Origin: an uncultured Chthonomonadaceae bacterium
GTDB lineage: Bacteria > Armatimonadota > Chthonomonadetes > Chthonomonadales > Chthonomonadaceae
DNA length: 64,000 bases
NCBI GenBank assembly: GCA_963817895.1
Contig: CAWFQB010000004.1
Location: 32,001-96,000, forward strand
Direction: 5' to 3'
Shown here: piece by piece, positions 10,265-18,739 of the stretch
Layout of the letters: every line of letters starts with the position of its first letter
Position numbering within the stretch: the stretch's first letter is position 1
Made by a program: the position numbers and the translations under genes
The notes under the pieces: generated by a model
The model's database searches: none
Seen by the model: only the letters and a program-made list of their open reading frames with translations
What the model was told of the DNA's origin: nothing

Positions 10265-10380
10265 TGCGGCGGATGGGCGGCAGGCAAACACAGGGCGCGG
10301 CAAGTGGGGCATTGCGAGAGTTTGGCATGGTAGTGTATTTAGTCAGTCGCGCAAGTCATTCCAGCACCACCCTCTCGCCG
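10265..10380 (-). repeat. Intergenic repeat copy A (putative promoter/leader)
   Basis: Aligns by eye with 15332..15445; on the minus strand contains TTGCGC-16 nt-TACCAT. Confidence 0.65.
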
Positions 10381-10461
10381 CCAATGCCAACACCGCACGG
10401 GCCACCAGTTTATTAGAGCCGGGGCGAAGAGGGGCGGCATGGTTTCGTTTTTGACGGCTTC

Positions 10462-10950
10462 CTAAACGATGTATTCTCTTACTGATACTTCCAATGCGAG
10501 AATATCGAATGCCCCGTAATCATCAAAACTAACTGCGTAGTGATGTAGATCAGACTCCTTCAGCACATGCCCCAACCGCTCCCCTGGATAGTTTCTAAGA
10601 GGGCCTTTGGAAAGCAGGTTCTCAATATACGGCGAACCTTGAATATCTATCAATCCGAAACAACTCACGCCAGGAGGGTAGTGTTCTAACTCCGGGAAAT
10701 CTTCGTATAGATTCTCGAATGTTCTAAAGCGATACTCGAAGACGTTCTTAAAACGAAATTCTCCATACACCTTTTTTCCGTCAGGCAACCAGTTGAAAAT
10801 GTACTTAAGAACCAAGTGTACGGCTTCATCTGCTATGCCTTGTACTTCGACCCAGGGGCCGTTCACGAAAGCGGTAGACTTGCCGGGAATGGGAATGTTT
10901 ATGAATTGCATTTTGCGTCCTACATGCCGCAGTTTATCCTCACGTTGCAC
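10462..10950 (-). CDS. Hypothetical soluble protein
   Basis: 162-aa ORF starting a few nt after the inferred stop of copy 3. Confidence 0.65.
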   Translation of the reverse strand: MQREDKLRHVGRKMQFINIPIPGKSTAFVNGPWVEVQGIADEAVHLVLKYIFNWLPDGKKVYGEFRFKNVFEYRFRTFENLYEDFPELEHYPPGVSCFGLIDIQGSPYIENLLSKGPLRNYPGERLGHVLKESDLHHYAVSFDDYGAFDILALEVSVREYIV

Positions 10951-10954
10951 CCTC

Positions 10955-11375
10955 TTACCCCTGACCCTCCACCGCCCGTACCAACTGTTCCGGCAGCGTC
11001 TCTTGTCCTTCGGTGGCGGCGCGGAGCAATACAGCCTCCTGCGCCTGCATCGGCTCTGTGGAAGCGCGTACTAGAGTGTCGGGAGGGGCGATCGGCAGTG
11101 TTGTGGCGGGTGAGAGGAACAACCGGTTCGATGGCGCGTACTCTTTGCCCTATTTTCAGTGCTATCCAAAACAGAGCGGCAGCATACAGCATCCAAAAGC
11201 AGAATGCCATTTGCGCTGGAACGGAAGGCATGTACTCCGGGTGTCGCCCCGCAAAGAGCGCAACCATTCCGAAGAAAATTATACACCCCGCGAGTAAACA
11301 CAACTTTGCTTTCTTTAGCAGAAACCGAACATACACCCCTCTGCTCACAATCCACTTGCTCGTCTTCGGCTCCAT
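10955..11375 (-). CDS. Constant-ends/variable-core membrane protein, copy 3; frameshift near 11080
   Basis: MEPKTSKWIVSRGVY...PLTRHNTAD; the shifted frame reads DTLVRASTEPMQAQEAVLLRAATEGQETLPEQLVRAVEGQG*. Confidence 0.8.
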
Positions 11376-11405
11376 CCCTGCGCCTCCTGCCTGTGCTGCC
11401 CTGTG

Positions 11406-12098
11406 TTACTTTCTGCCTTTTTGCAGCAGCGCTACAAGGTCGGGGCGCTTATTGTTTTGTGCAATCGTAAGGGGAGTCCTTCCAGCCTTGTTGGGGTGGG
11501 TGGGGTCGGCTCCGTGTGCCAGCAGAAGCCGGAGGATACTCGTCTCGTATCTATTGTATAAGGCATAATGTAATGCGGTGTCACCCTGCATATTTTCAAC
11601 GGCAGCGTTCGCGCCATGCTCCACGAGCAGCCCCGTCAGTCCCGCATCCCCGCGCAGAGCGGCAAACATGAGTAGCGTATTGCCTTCAAAGTCTTGTTGG
11701 TCAATGTTCGCGCCATGTACCAGCATCGCACGAATCAAGGGCACATCTTCCAGGGGTTTGATGTCTGCGGTAAAACTAGCCGGGGATGCGTAACATTCTG
11801 TTGCATCCGCCAGTAAAAACGCCGTAAAACTATCCTCGGCAAGCGCAGGCGAACGGTGCAGTAAGTGGCTTAGAAGCAATTTCAGGGTAGGGGCAGGCGG
11901 CGGGTTGTAGCGCGTGTTCGGGTCGGCTCCCGCATTGACGAGGGTAAGCGCCTGTCCGATGTCCTTCCGGTCAAGCGCAGCAATCAACTGCCGATTGAGC
12001 GCATACTGTCGTTTAGCCTGCCGCACCCACACATCACAGCCGCCAACCAGTAGCGCGGCTACAAGCACAGACACAACTAGAAAGCGACGAAGTTTCAT
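11406..12098 (-). CDS. Membrane-anchored ankyrin-repeat protein
   Basis: TM, then RQYALNRQLIAAL; GNTLLMFAA, GDTALHYA, GRTPLTIA. Confidence 0.9.
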   Translation of the reverse strand: MKLRRFLVVSVLVAALLVGGCDVWVRQAKRQYALNRQLIAALDRKDIGQALTLVNAGADPNTRYNPPPAPTLKLLLSHLLHRSPALAEDSFTAFLLADATECYASPASFTADIKPLEDVPLIRAMLVHGANIDQQDFEGNTLLMFAALRGDAGLTGLLVEHGANAAVENMQGDTALHYALYNRYETSILRLLLAHGADPTHPNKAGRTPLTIAQNNKRPDLVALLQKGRK

Positions 12099-12345
12099 AC
12101 TCCTCACATTCGCCGCCGTTCGCCAAACTCCTGCTTGTTTACCATTGCATCGGCTCTAATTCAGTTTTCAAATGCGAATTCTTAGGAGCAATTCATTTAT
12201 TACATGGCATTGTGGGGATCAGCGTTGCTGCAAACACTATCAGAACGAAAGTCTGAAACCGCCTTTCACAAAGTACACGTAGTGTCATCAGACAAGAACC
12301 TTGTTTTTGCCACCGCGCCTCTGCTTTACGCGCAAGGAGAACCCC

Positions 12346-13098
12346 ATGCTTGAACACCAGCCCACGACAGAGGAGAACACCGCCGATCTTTTGCCGCAAA
12401 CTCACACTCTCTCTGTTAGGCTGCCGACGCAAGCCTACGCCGTTCTCGTTCGTTACGTGGCACAAACACAATCTGCTAACGCAGACACAGAAACCATTCG
12501 CGCCCAATTGGAAGAATTGACACTTGCGTACTTGGAACTCGACGCCCCACCCCACGAAGCCGCGCAGTCCGCCATCCGGCAATGGGAGAATGAGCGGCTG
12601 GTGCTGGGAGAGGGACAGGCGCTTTCCACGCAAAGTAAACCCTATCATTCCACACGGTCTGCGCGTCCGGCAACGCTTACTGCCCTGAAACTGTTTGGAG
12701 CAGGCGCGTTGGCTTTAACCACGATTACGCCTTTTCTCATTGGCACAAGCGTTCCCTCCATCTGGTACTCATTGATGATATTTCTGATAATCGGGCTGCC
12801 TGCCTTGTTGGGAATAGCGGTCGGAATACGCGCTCGGCAACGTCCTGTCTTGGGAACATTCTACGCTGTAAGTCTGTTGATTCCCAGTGTTGCGCTCATC
12901 ACGGAACTGATAATGGACATCTTCACGCAGTATCCTCACGAAGGCTGGATGTTGGGCATGGACATCGGGCTGTTCTGGCTGCCGATTGGCTGCCTGACAG
13001 CGGGCCTGACCGGATGGGGACGTAACCAGCGCCACAAACGCCAACAATATGCGGTAAACCGAATGACTTCCCTGCACGCGGCGGAAAGTAGACTATGA
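12346..13098 (+). CDS. Hypothetical protein with four C-terminal TM helices
   Basis: AAGGAG RBS before the ATG at 12346; the only plus-strand gene in the array. Confidence 0.7.
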   Translation: MLEHQPTTEENTADLLPQTHTLSVRLPTQAYAVLVRYVAQTQSANADTETIRAQLEELTLAYLELDAPPHEAAQSAIRQWENERLVLGEGQALSTQSKPYHSTRSARPATLTALKLFGAGALALTTITPFLIGTSVPSIWYSLMIFLIIGLPALLGIAVGIRARQRPVLGTFYAVSLLIPSVALITELIMDIFTQYPHEGWMLGMDIGLFWLPIGCLTAGLTGWGRNQRHKRQQYAVNRMTSLHAAESRL

Positions 13099-13207
13099 AT
13101 GGAATTCTCGTGACTGATTTCGGGGCAGCAAAGGGGAATGCAACAAATGTTTGAAGAATGTTCTATACCCGGAATGGAGGGCTTCTTAGAGGGAGTGGGC
13201 CAGGCGG

Positions 13208-13251
13208 ATAACAAGAAGCAGGCGGAAAATTTTCCGCCTGCTTCTTGTTAT
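13208..13251. terminator. 44-bp perfect palindrome with GAAAATTTTC centre, between convergent genes
   Basis: ataacaagaagcaggcggaaaa/ttttccgcctgcttcttgttat. Confidence 0.75.
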
Positions 13252-13350
13252 ACCATTTTTGGATAGTCGTAGGCTCCGATATTGTGCGTTGACGGGGCAT
13301 AGGCATTTGGACATGTTACTCCTGTCCCGCAGAAGCGCGTACAACATGTG

Positions 13351-13842
13351 TCAATCAATGCCTTGCTTGTACTTCCACCAGTCCAGCCCCCATACGGCAA
13401 GCCCTGCGATAAAACAGACCACGCCTAGAAGTATTTGCGTTTGACTGTCATCCGTGTTGGGAGAAGCGCCTTGTACGGCGCGCTCTTGGATGTAGTGCCT
13501 GAACAGGATAAAGCCGCCAATCCCCCAGGCTGCTAAAGGCGTCAGGCAACTTGGCTTCTGGCGTGTAGACGGGTCTGACGAAGACGGTTGGGGCGGCCCC
13601 AAACTGATGAAGTGAGACAGCGCCGCAGGCTTCCCCGTTGGTTTATAGACAAACAGGTAGTACCCGCTGGCACATGCGAGCAAGCCGCCCATTATCCAGA
13701 TGACGTACTTTGCATTGCCTAAAGAAGGCGAGTCTTCGCTAGATACGAAACTGCTCCCAATCCCAAGCAAGGAGTAGATCAAAATAGCCCAGGCAACACC
13801 GCGTAGCCATTTGGGTTTAGTTGGTTGGGGTTGATCGTCCAC
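13351..13842 (-). CDS. Hypothetical membrane protein (about four TMs)
   Basis: GTG start directly after the orphan tail; hydrophobic segments. Confidence 0.7.
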   Translation of the reverse strand: MDDQPQPTKPKWLRGVAWAILIYSLLGIGSSFVSSEDSPSLGNAKYVIWIMGGLLACASGYYLFVYKPTGKPAALSHFISLGPPQPSSSDPSTRQKPSCLTPLAAWGIGGFILFRHYIQERAVQGASPNTDDSQTQILLGVVCFIAGLAVWGLDWWKYKQGID

Positions 13843-14017
13843 TGGTTGCGCTTCCTTTCTCCTGTGCTTCTGCCGATGCTCTCACCAACAGTTCCTCATA
13901 CCTCTCCTGCCTTTCCTGTGCCGCCCGAAGCAACACAGCCTTTTGTGCCTGCGTCGGTTCCGAAGATGCGCGAACTAGGCTGTCGGTGATGGGAAGGTCG
14001 GCGGTATTGGCATACTC
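13817..14017 (-). pseudogene. Orphan copy of the constant C-terminal LxRA tail (no start codon, N-block or core)
   Basis: Between two in-frame TAA codons: EYANTADLPITDSLVRASSEPTQAQKAVLLRAAQERQERYEELLVRASAEAQEK... Confidence 0.8.
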
Positions 14018-14025
14018 TTATTGGT

Positions 14026-14418
14026 TCAACCCAGAGGAGATTTCTTCCATCTGCGGTTGACTTTCTTGTACTTCCTTTTTAGTTGCTCGTAATAACGCCG
14101 TTCCGACTGTTCACGATTACGAGGCGTGGTGCGGTTGTGTGTCGCCACTGGGTCTACTTCGGAAACCTCCACAACGCGAATGGTTATGCCATCGCCAACG
14201 TGCAGCGTCTCGTCTAACCATTTCCCAACTTCAGAGAATTCTTCTGTTCCGCAAACCGCGCTAACATGAAAATTGACTTTATTATCATGCGGATAATCAC
14301 GAGGGTCTCTGACAGACTGATGCTGAAGCCATGTGAGCATTGCCGACATTAAGCCATTCCCCGTTATGCCAGTGGTACATTTCTTGCCACCATTGATACT
14401 TATCTCGAAGGCTAACAC
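14026..14418 (-). CDS. Hypothetical soluble protein
   Basis: GGAGG-aact-GTG start; (M)LAFEISINGGKKCTTG...W....L.VGD.ITIRVVE. Confidence 0.7.
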   Translation of the reverse strand: MLAFEISINGGKKCTTGITGNGLMSAMLTWLQHQSVRDPRDYPHDNKVNFHVSAVCGTEEFSEVGKWLDETLHVGDGITIRVVEVSEVDPVATHNRTTPRNREQSERRYYEQLKRKYKKVNRRWKKSPLG

Positions 14419-14449
14419 AGTTCCTCCAACTTCTGAATAAATATGTTTC

Positions 14450-14863
14450 CTATTCTTGTTCCACAGACGCCCGTACCAACTGCTCAGGCGGTGTCTCCAC
14501 CCCTTCTGCGGCGGCGCGGAGAAGGACGGATTCCTGCGCCTGCGTCGGTTCTGATGACGCGCGAACAAGAGAATCGTGCGCGGGCAGGTGAGAGATAGTG
14601 GCAAGTTGTACGTTATTGCGCTCACAATAATCTTGCGTAAAGCGGTACAGCGTGAGCCAGGGCGCTTGCGTCTTCTTTCGTAAGAGCGACACTAGACCCA
14701 ACAATGTCGGTAGGTGTTCTTTGTCCGATGACGCTTGTAGTTCTTCTGCCAATATGGTTTCAAAAACTTGGTGCCAGTCAATATGGTATCTCTTGCGTAC
14801 TAACAGGGATGGTATTTCGCTTGGCTTATTAGTTTCAGGTTCGCTACCCGTCGTCGGCTCCAT
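14450..14863 (-). CDS. Constant-ends protein with a soluble helical core, copy 4
   Basis: MEPTTG...; tail HLPAHDSLVRASSEPTQAQESVLLRAAAEGVETPPEQLVRASVEQE. Confidence 0.8.
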   Translation of the reverse strand: MEPTTGSEPETNKPSEIPSLLVRKRYHIDWHQVFETILAEELQASSDKEHLPTLLGLVSLLRKKTQAPWLTLYRFTQDYCERNNVQLATISHLPAHDSLVRASSEPTQAQESVLLRAAAEGVETPPEQLVRASVEQE

Positions 14864-14884
14864 CTCTGCACCCTCCTGCCTGTG

Positions 14885-15286
14885 CTACCACATATCTTCT
14901 TCGGCTGTTTTGACCGCCTCGCAGAACTTTGAGTATTCAGGATGATCGGGTTTGAACGTACTTATGCCTGTCCAGTGCATAGTGGTTCCCTCGGCTTCGT
15001 TTACCCAGCCTGTTCCAGAACAACGCATGGTGAGCGCACCGTCAGGCAAAAAGCGAGCAGAAGAAAGGTTGTACCAGGTATAAAACTGAGTATTCTGAGC
15101 ATTTGTCACCATCAGGCTCTTGATGGCCCCGGAACTATGTATTGAATACTTATCCTTCTGGATCGAAGTATAGTACATGCGCGGCTTCTTCTTTGCCACT
15201 TCCGTTTCTTTAGTCCTCTCGCTCTCAAACCGCTTCCGAATTGCTCGCACTTGTGGCGTCCACCTTCCAAGCGCTCTACTTCCCAC
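14885..15286 (-). CDS. Hypothetical protein (start uncertain)
   Basis: 133-aa ORF; its stop is followed by the shared cacaggcaggagg leader. Confidence 0.5.
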   Translation of the reverse strand: MGSRALGRWTPQVRAIRKRFESERTKETEVAKKKPRMYYTSIQKDKYSIHSSGAIKSLMVTNAQNTQFYTWYNLSSARFLPDGALTMRCSGTGWVNEAEGTTMHWTGISTFKPDHPEYSKFCEAVKTAEEDMW

Positions 15287-15331
15287 ATTCGCCGCCGCTT
15301 ACCAAACTCCTGCCCTTCTGTAAATAAATGC

Positions 15332-15445
15332 TGCGGCAAACTGGGCGGCAGACAAATTGAGGCGCGGCAAGCAGGCGTAGCAAGAGAGTGGCACGGTAGT
15401 GCCCCTTGTCAGCCGCGCAAGCCATCCATTGCCGCCCTCTTGACG
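15332..15445 (-). repeat. Intergenic repeat copy B (putative promoter/leader)
   Basis: Aligns by eye with 10265..10380; TTGCGC-16 nt-TACCGT on the minus strand. Confidence 0.65.
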
Positions 15446-15584
15446 TTGCTCCCTTCCATACAAGCCAGGCCACCAATGCGCGAAGGCAGCGGACAACGGG
15501 AATAAGGAGCCACCATACCCGGTGGTGGATGCGGTGGCTTTGATGCTGTTTGCGGTTTAGAGAACCCTGCGAAAATGATTGCTG

Positions 15585-15863
15585 CTAAACTTTCCAGCGA
15601 CCGTCTACATATTGTTTGAGTTCGTTTCGGTAATCACTCGCACTGCCGCGCTCCATTTCAGGAACATGGACATCGCAGTACCGATTGATAAACTGATAAG
15701 CACTTAGCCAATCTGCATCGCTCTGATCACGAAGCCACAAGGTCAGACCCAATCGTGTTACCACTACGCCTTCCGCAGTACGGCGGTCGATCTCTTGCGC
15801 TAACGCCTCCTCATACTTCGGGCCACGATAGGGACACGTCAGCGGATTACCAGTCAAAGACAT
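15585..15863 (-). CDS. Small helical protein resembling the core of 14450..14863
   Basis: YEEALAQEI...TRLGLTLWLRDQSDADWLSAYQFINRYCD. Confidence 0.7.
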   Translation of the reverse strand: MSLTGNPLTCPYRGPKYEEALAQEIDRRTAEGVVVTRLGLTLWLRDQSDADWLSAYQFINRYCDVHVPEMERGSASDYRNELKQYVDGRWKV

Positions 15864-15883
15864 TTTTATCTCCCTAACCTGTG

Positions 15884-16099
15884 TTACTCTCTATGCCCCT
15901 CCACCGCCCGCACCAATTGCTCCTCATGCCTCTCATTCCCCTCGGTTGCGGCTCTCAGCAACACGGCCTCCTGCGCCTGCAACGGTGCCAAAGAAGCGCG
16001 AACCAGAATGTCAGATGGCTGAATTGGTGGCTCTGGTTCTCCTAACAAAACCACTATCACCCGCTCTATAAACTGACGCTTCCCCGTCTTCGGCTCCAT
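15884..16099 (-). CDS. Constant-ends protein with almost no core, copy 5 (71 aa)
   Basis: MEPKTGKR...DILVRASLAPLQAQEAVLLRAATEGNERHEEQLVRAVEGHRE. Confidence 0.8.
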   Translation of the reverse strand: MEPKTGKRQFIERVIVVLLGEPEPPIQPSDILVRASLAPLQAQEAVLLRAATEGNERHEEQLVRAVEGHRE

Positions 16100-16216
16100 C
16101 CTTGCGCCTCCTTCCTGTCTCTATGCACTGCCGTCTCCCGCCTACGCTCCCGGCCTCGTATCCTGCCTCTGTTGGTGGGGAGGGCTTCTGCGGCTTCTGT
16201 GTCCCTGCGTGTCGGC

Positions 16217-16633
16217 TTACTCTTTGGCTCCGGCATGTTGGAGAAGGCTGATTACTGCCTTAACGTCTTTAGTGCGTTGGCTGGCAGGGTAGTTGTGTAA
16301 ACCTACCCACCTTATAGGCAAATTGTACTTCGCGAGTTCTAAGGCTGAACTATCAGCAGGATTTTGTCGGCTGACAGTGTTGAGCCACAACCGCCAACTA
16401 GGGGTACTCACATAATAGTCTGAGAACCATAATCCCCGCGCATTTGCACCGGCTCCCTGTTGGAGCAATCGTGAAACGGCAGGAGGATCGGGAAATAAAA
16501 TGGCAGCAATCAACGCTTGGTTCAACTTTGCTTGTCGCCATGCCTGCCACGTCAATACAGCAGGTACAGCCATCAGTATCACGAGCAGCCCGCAAACAAG
16601 TAAAGTCAAACGCAAAAATCGGTGTTTCTTCAT
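16217..16633 (-). CDS. Membrane-anchored degenerate ankyrin-like protein
   Basis: TM, then WRQAKLNQALIAAI, LLQQGAGANA; ends LLQHAGAKE; ATGA overlap with copy 6. Confidence 0.8.
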   Translation of the reverse strand: MKKHRFLRLTLLVCGLLVILMAVPAVLTWQAWRQAKLNQALIAAILFPDPPAVSRLLQQGAGANARGLWFSDYYVSTPSWRLWLNTVSRQNPADSSALELAKYNLPIRWVGLHNYPASQRTKDVKAVISLLQHAGAKE

Positions 16634-17121
16634 ACTTTCCTCTGCCCTTCCACCGCCCGTACCAATTCCTCCTCATGCCTATCCTGCCCTTCTGCGGCGG
16701 CTCTCAGTAAAACGGCCTGCTGTGCCTGCATCGGCTCGGAAGAAGCGCGTACCAGGCTGTCAGGAGCAGGAAGGTCAGCGGTATTGAAGCGGGTGAGAGG
16801 AACGCCAAGATTAATCTGGTTAGCCCTGTTTTCTGCGGCTTTGTAGGCGCGAATGGTTGCTCGCAAAGGGGTTTTCATCAGCATCAATAAATGGGAAGTC
16901 GTTTGGTGGCAGGGCGCATCTTGAGCATATAGCATTCTCGGAAAGTGTCTTATAAGGCCGTCTAAGATAGATAATATGATGAGACTTGGCAACAACACTA
17001 TTACCTGACATACCACCACAATGCAATGAAAAATGCACAAAGCCATCCAAGCCTCGCGAAGGAACATTCGCCGTACATACTCCCCTTTACTCACAATCTT
17101 CTTACCCGTCGTCGGCTCCAT
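16630..17121 (-). CDS. Constant-ends/variable-core membrane protein, copy 6
   Basis: MEPTTGKKIVSKGEY...PLTRFNTADLPAPDSLVRASSEPMQAQQAVLLRAAAEGQDRHEEELVRAVEGQRKV. Confidence 0.85.
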   Translation of the reverse strand: MEPTTGKKIVSKGEYVRRMFLREAWMALCIFHCIVVVCQVIVLLPSLIILSILDGLIRHFPRMLYAQDAPCHQTTSHLLMLMKTPLRATIRAYKAAENRANQINLGVPLTRFNTADLPAPDSLVRASSEPMQAQQAVLLRAAAEGQDRHEEELVRAVEGQRKV

Positions 17122-17163
17122 CCCTGCGCCTCCTGCCTCTGCTGTCTGTCCTGTGGCTGTTCG

Positions 17164-17475
17164 TCAGTTTCGGTAGTGAACGCTCGACTCCTGCTGCCCT
17201 GCTTTCACGAATTCTATTCCTCTCTCGTCCCATACGCGCACGAAAATTAAATAAAAGCCACTCCCGCCGTCTATGCTCCCTTGATGTCCGACGCGCCATT
17301 GCCGCCAGTGGCGCAGAGGCGTCACGTAGTAATTTCGCTCCTCCAACTCTCTAAAGACCCTACCCTCGGCTGTGGTGTACGTTTTCGTATGATTGGGGAG
17401 AGGCCGAGCAATCCAACAGAGTGCCGCAAGCATCAGAACTAGGGGCATCTTCACGAGACAAGAGAGGCTGTTCAT
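17164..17475 (-). CDS. Small exported hypothetical protein
   Basis: GGGGAG-c-ATG; hydrophobic N-terminus. Confidence 0.55.
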   Translation of the reverse strand: MNSLSCLVKMPLVLMLAALCWIARPLPNHTKTYTTAEGRVFRELEERNYYVTPLRHWRQWRVGHQGSIDGGSGFYLIFVRVWDERGIEFVKAGQQESSVHYRN

Positions 17476-17602
17476 GCTCCCCACATTCGTCATTGCTACC
17501 AAGATTTCTACCTGCCTTTCGCCTCACTCCTCTGCTTCCCCGCCTGCTCTTTTCAGGTTCGCAGTCCCCTTCGACCTGTCTGTACGTCCTGCCATCTCCC
17601 GC

Positions 17603-18235
17603 TTACGCTCCCAGCCTCGTGTCCTGCCCCTGTGGGGAAGGTTGGGGCGGTTCTGCTGTTTCTGTGTCCCATACGGAGCCATTTTTGGTATGCTTGACGC
17701 CAAGCAACACGCGGATCGCCGTCACATAGCGCTCAAACACTTTACTGCGTTGTGAGCCGGTCTCCTGGCTCCTCAATGCTGGCTTGCTTACGTCTGCGTC
17801 AGAGGGATAGTCACAAGTATTCTGAATCCTTCGTGACTTCCCTTTCTGTCCCGACTGCTCAATCATCAGCCCCCAGCGTTCGGAACCGTTGAACGGCCCC
17901 GGCTTCTCCTGTAACCATTGCCACAGGTGTACCGCCTCCATTTCCTGCCAGAACTGCTTCCAGGCTTGGGGAGAAGGAGTGACTTCTTTGACATCTGGTA
18001 TTATTATCCCGAAGTGTACCGGGAAAGTGAAGTATTCCAGTGCCTTGCCGTTCCAGTTGACTTCATAGTGGTCTTTTCTATCTTCAATATACAGTGCGAA
18101 GCACTTGGGGAGGTACGGCGCTTTTGTGTTGATAGGCGAATTCTTTTTGGACTGTGCTGGTAAGGGCAACGTATAAATGGATAAGAGAACAAAAAGCCAT
18201 GCGAAACTAAGTTGATTCGTCTTCCTGTTCATCAT
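17603..18235 (-). CDS. Exported hypothetical protein
   Basis: Signal-peptide-like N-terminus; start overlaps the stop of copy 7. Confidence 0.7.
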   Translation of the reverse strand: MMNRKTNQLSFAWLFVLLSIYTLPLPAQSKKNSPINTKAPYLPKCFALYIEDRKDHYEVNWNGKALEYFTFPVHFGIIIPDVKEVTPSPQAWKQFWQEMEAVHLWQWLQEKPGPFNGSERWGLMIEQSGQKGKSRRIQNTCDYPSDADVSKPALRSQETGSQRSKVFERYVTAIRVLLGVKHTKNGSVWDTETAEPPQPSPQGQDTRLGA

Positions 18236-18721
18236 TCCTCCTGCCCTTCCACAGCCCGCACCAACTGCTCAGGCGGCGTCTCGTGTCCCTGGGCGGCGGC
18301 GCGGAGGAGGACGGACTGCTGCGTTCTGTTGCGGTACCGAAGACGCGCGTACCAGACTGTCAGAGGCGGGAAGTTCGGCGGTGTTAGCGCGGGTGAGGGG
18401 CTGTAAGTCCCTAATAACAATTCTACTTTTATGACTTTCTCGCCACAGAACACGAAGGGTATAGCCAAGTGGCCCCAATAAGAAAAGACACCAAAAAAAA
18501 GCCATCATTGCATGTGTAATCGTAGGAACATATCTGACGTTATAACGCATCAATCCGCTCTGTTCCTGTGCGTCTAAGGCGCAGGCGGAGGGAATGTTTA
18601 CCAGTAACAACACGATGCCGAGGCCGCAAACCAAAACGCTGCTACATAGAAATAATGAGAGTGACTGCGCCTTAACATATTCGCCCTTGCTCACAATCCG
18701 CTTGCCCATCTTTCGCTCCAT
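18232..18721 (-). CDS. Constant-ends/variable-core membrane protein, copy 7; frameshift near 18325
   Basis: MERKMGKRIVSKGEY...PLTRANTAELPASDSLVRASSVP; the shifted frame reads QQSVLLRAAAQGHETPPEQLVRAVEGQEE*. Confidence 0.8.
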
Positions 18722-18739
18722 CCCTGCGCCTCCTTCTCT

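Noticed and set aside
12370..12460. ENTADLLP...LVRY in the plus-strand gene resembling the tail
   Set aside because: Short match, wrong spacing, N-terminal position; probably chance.
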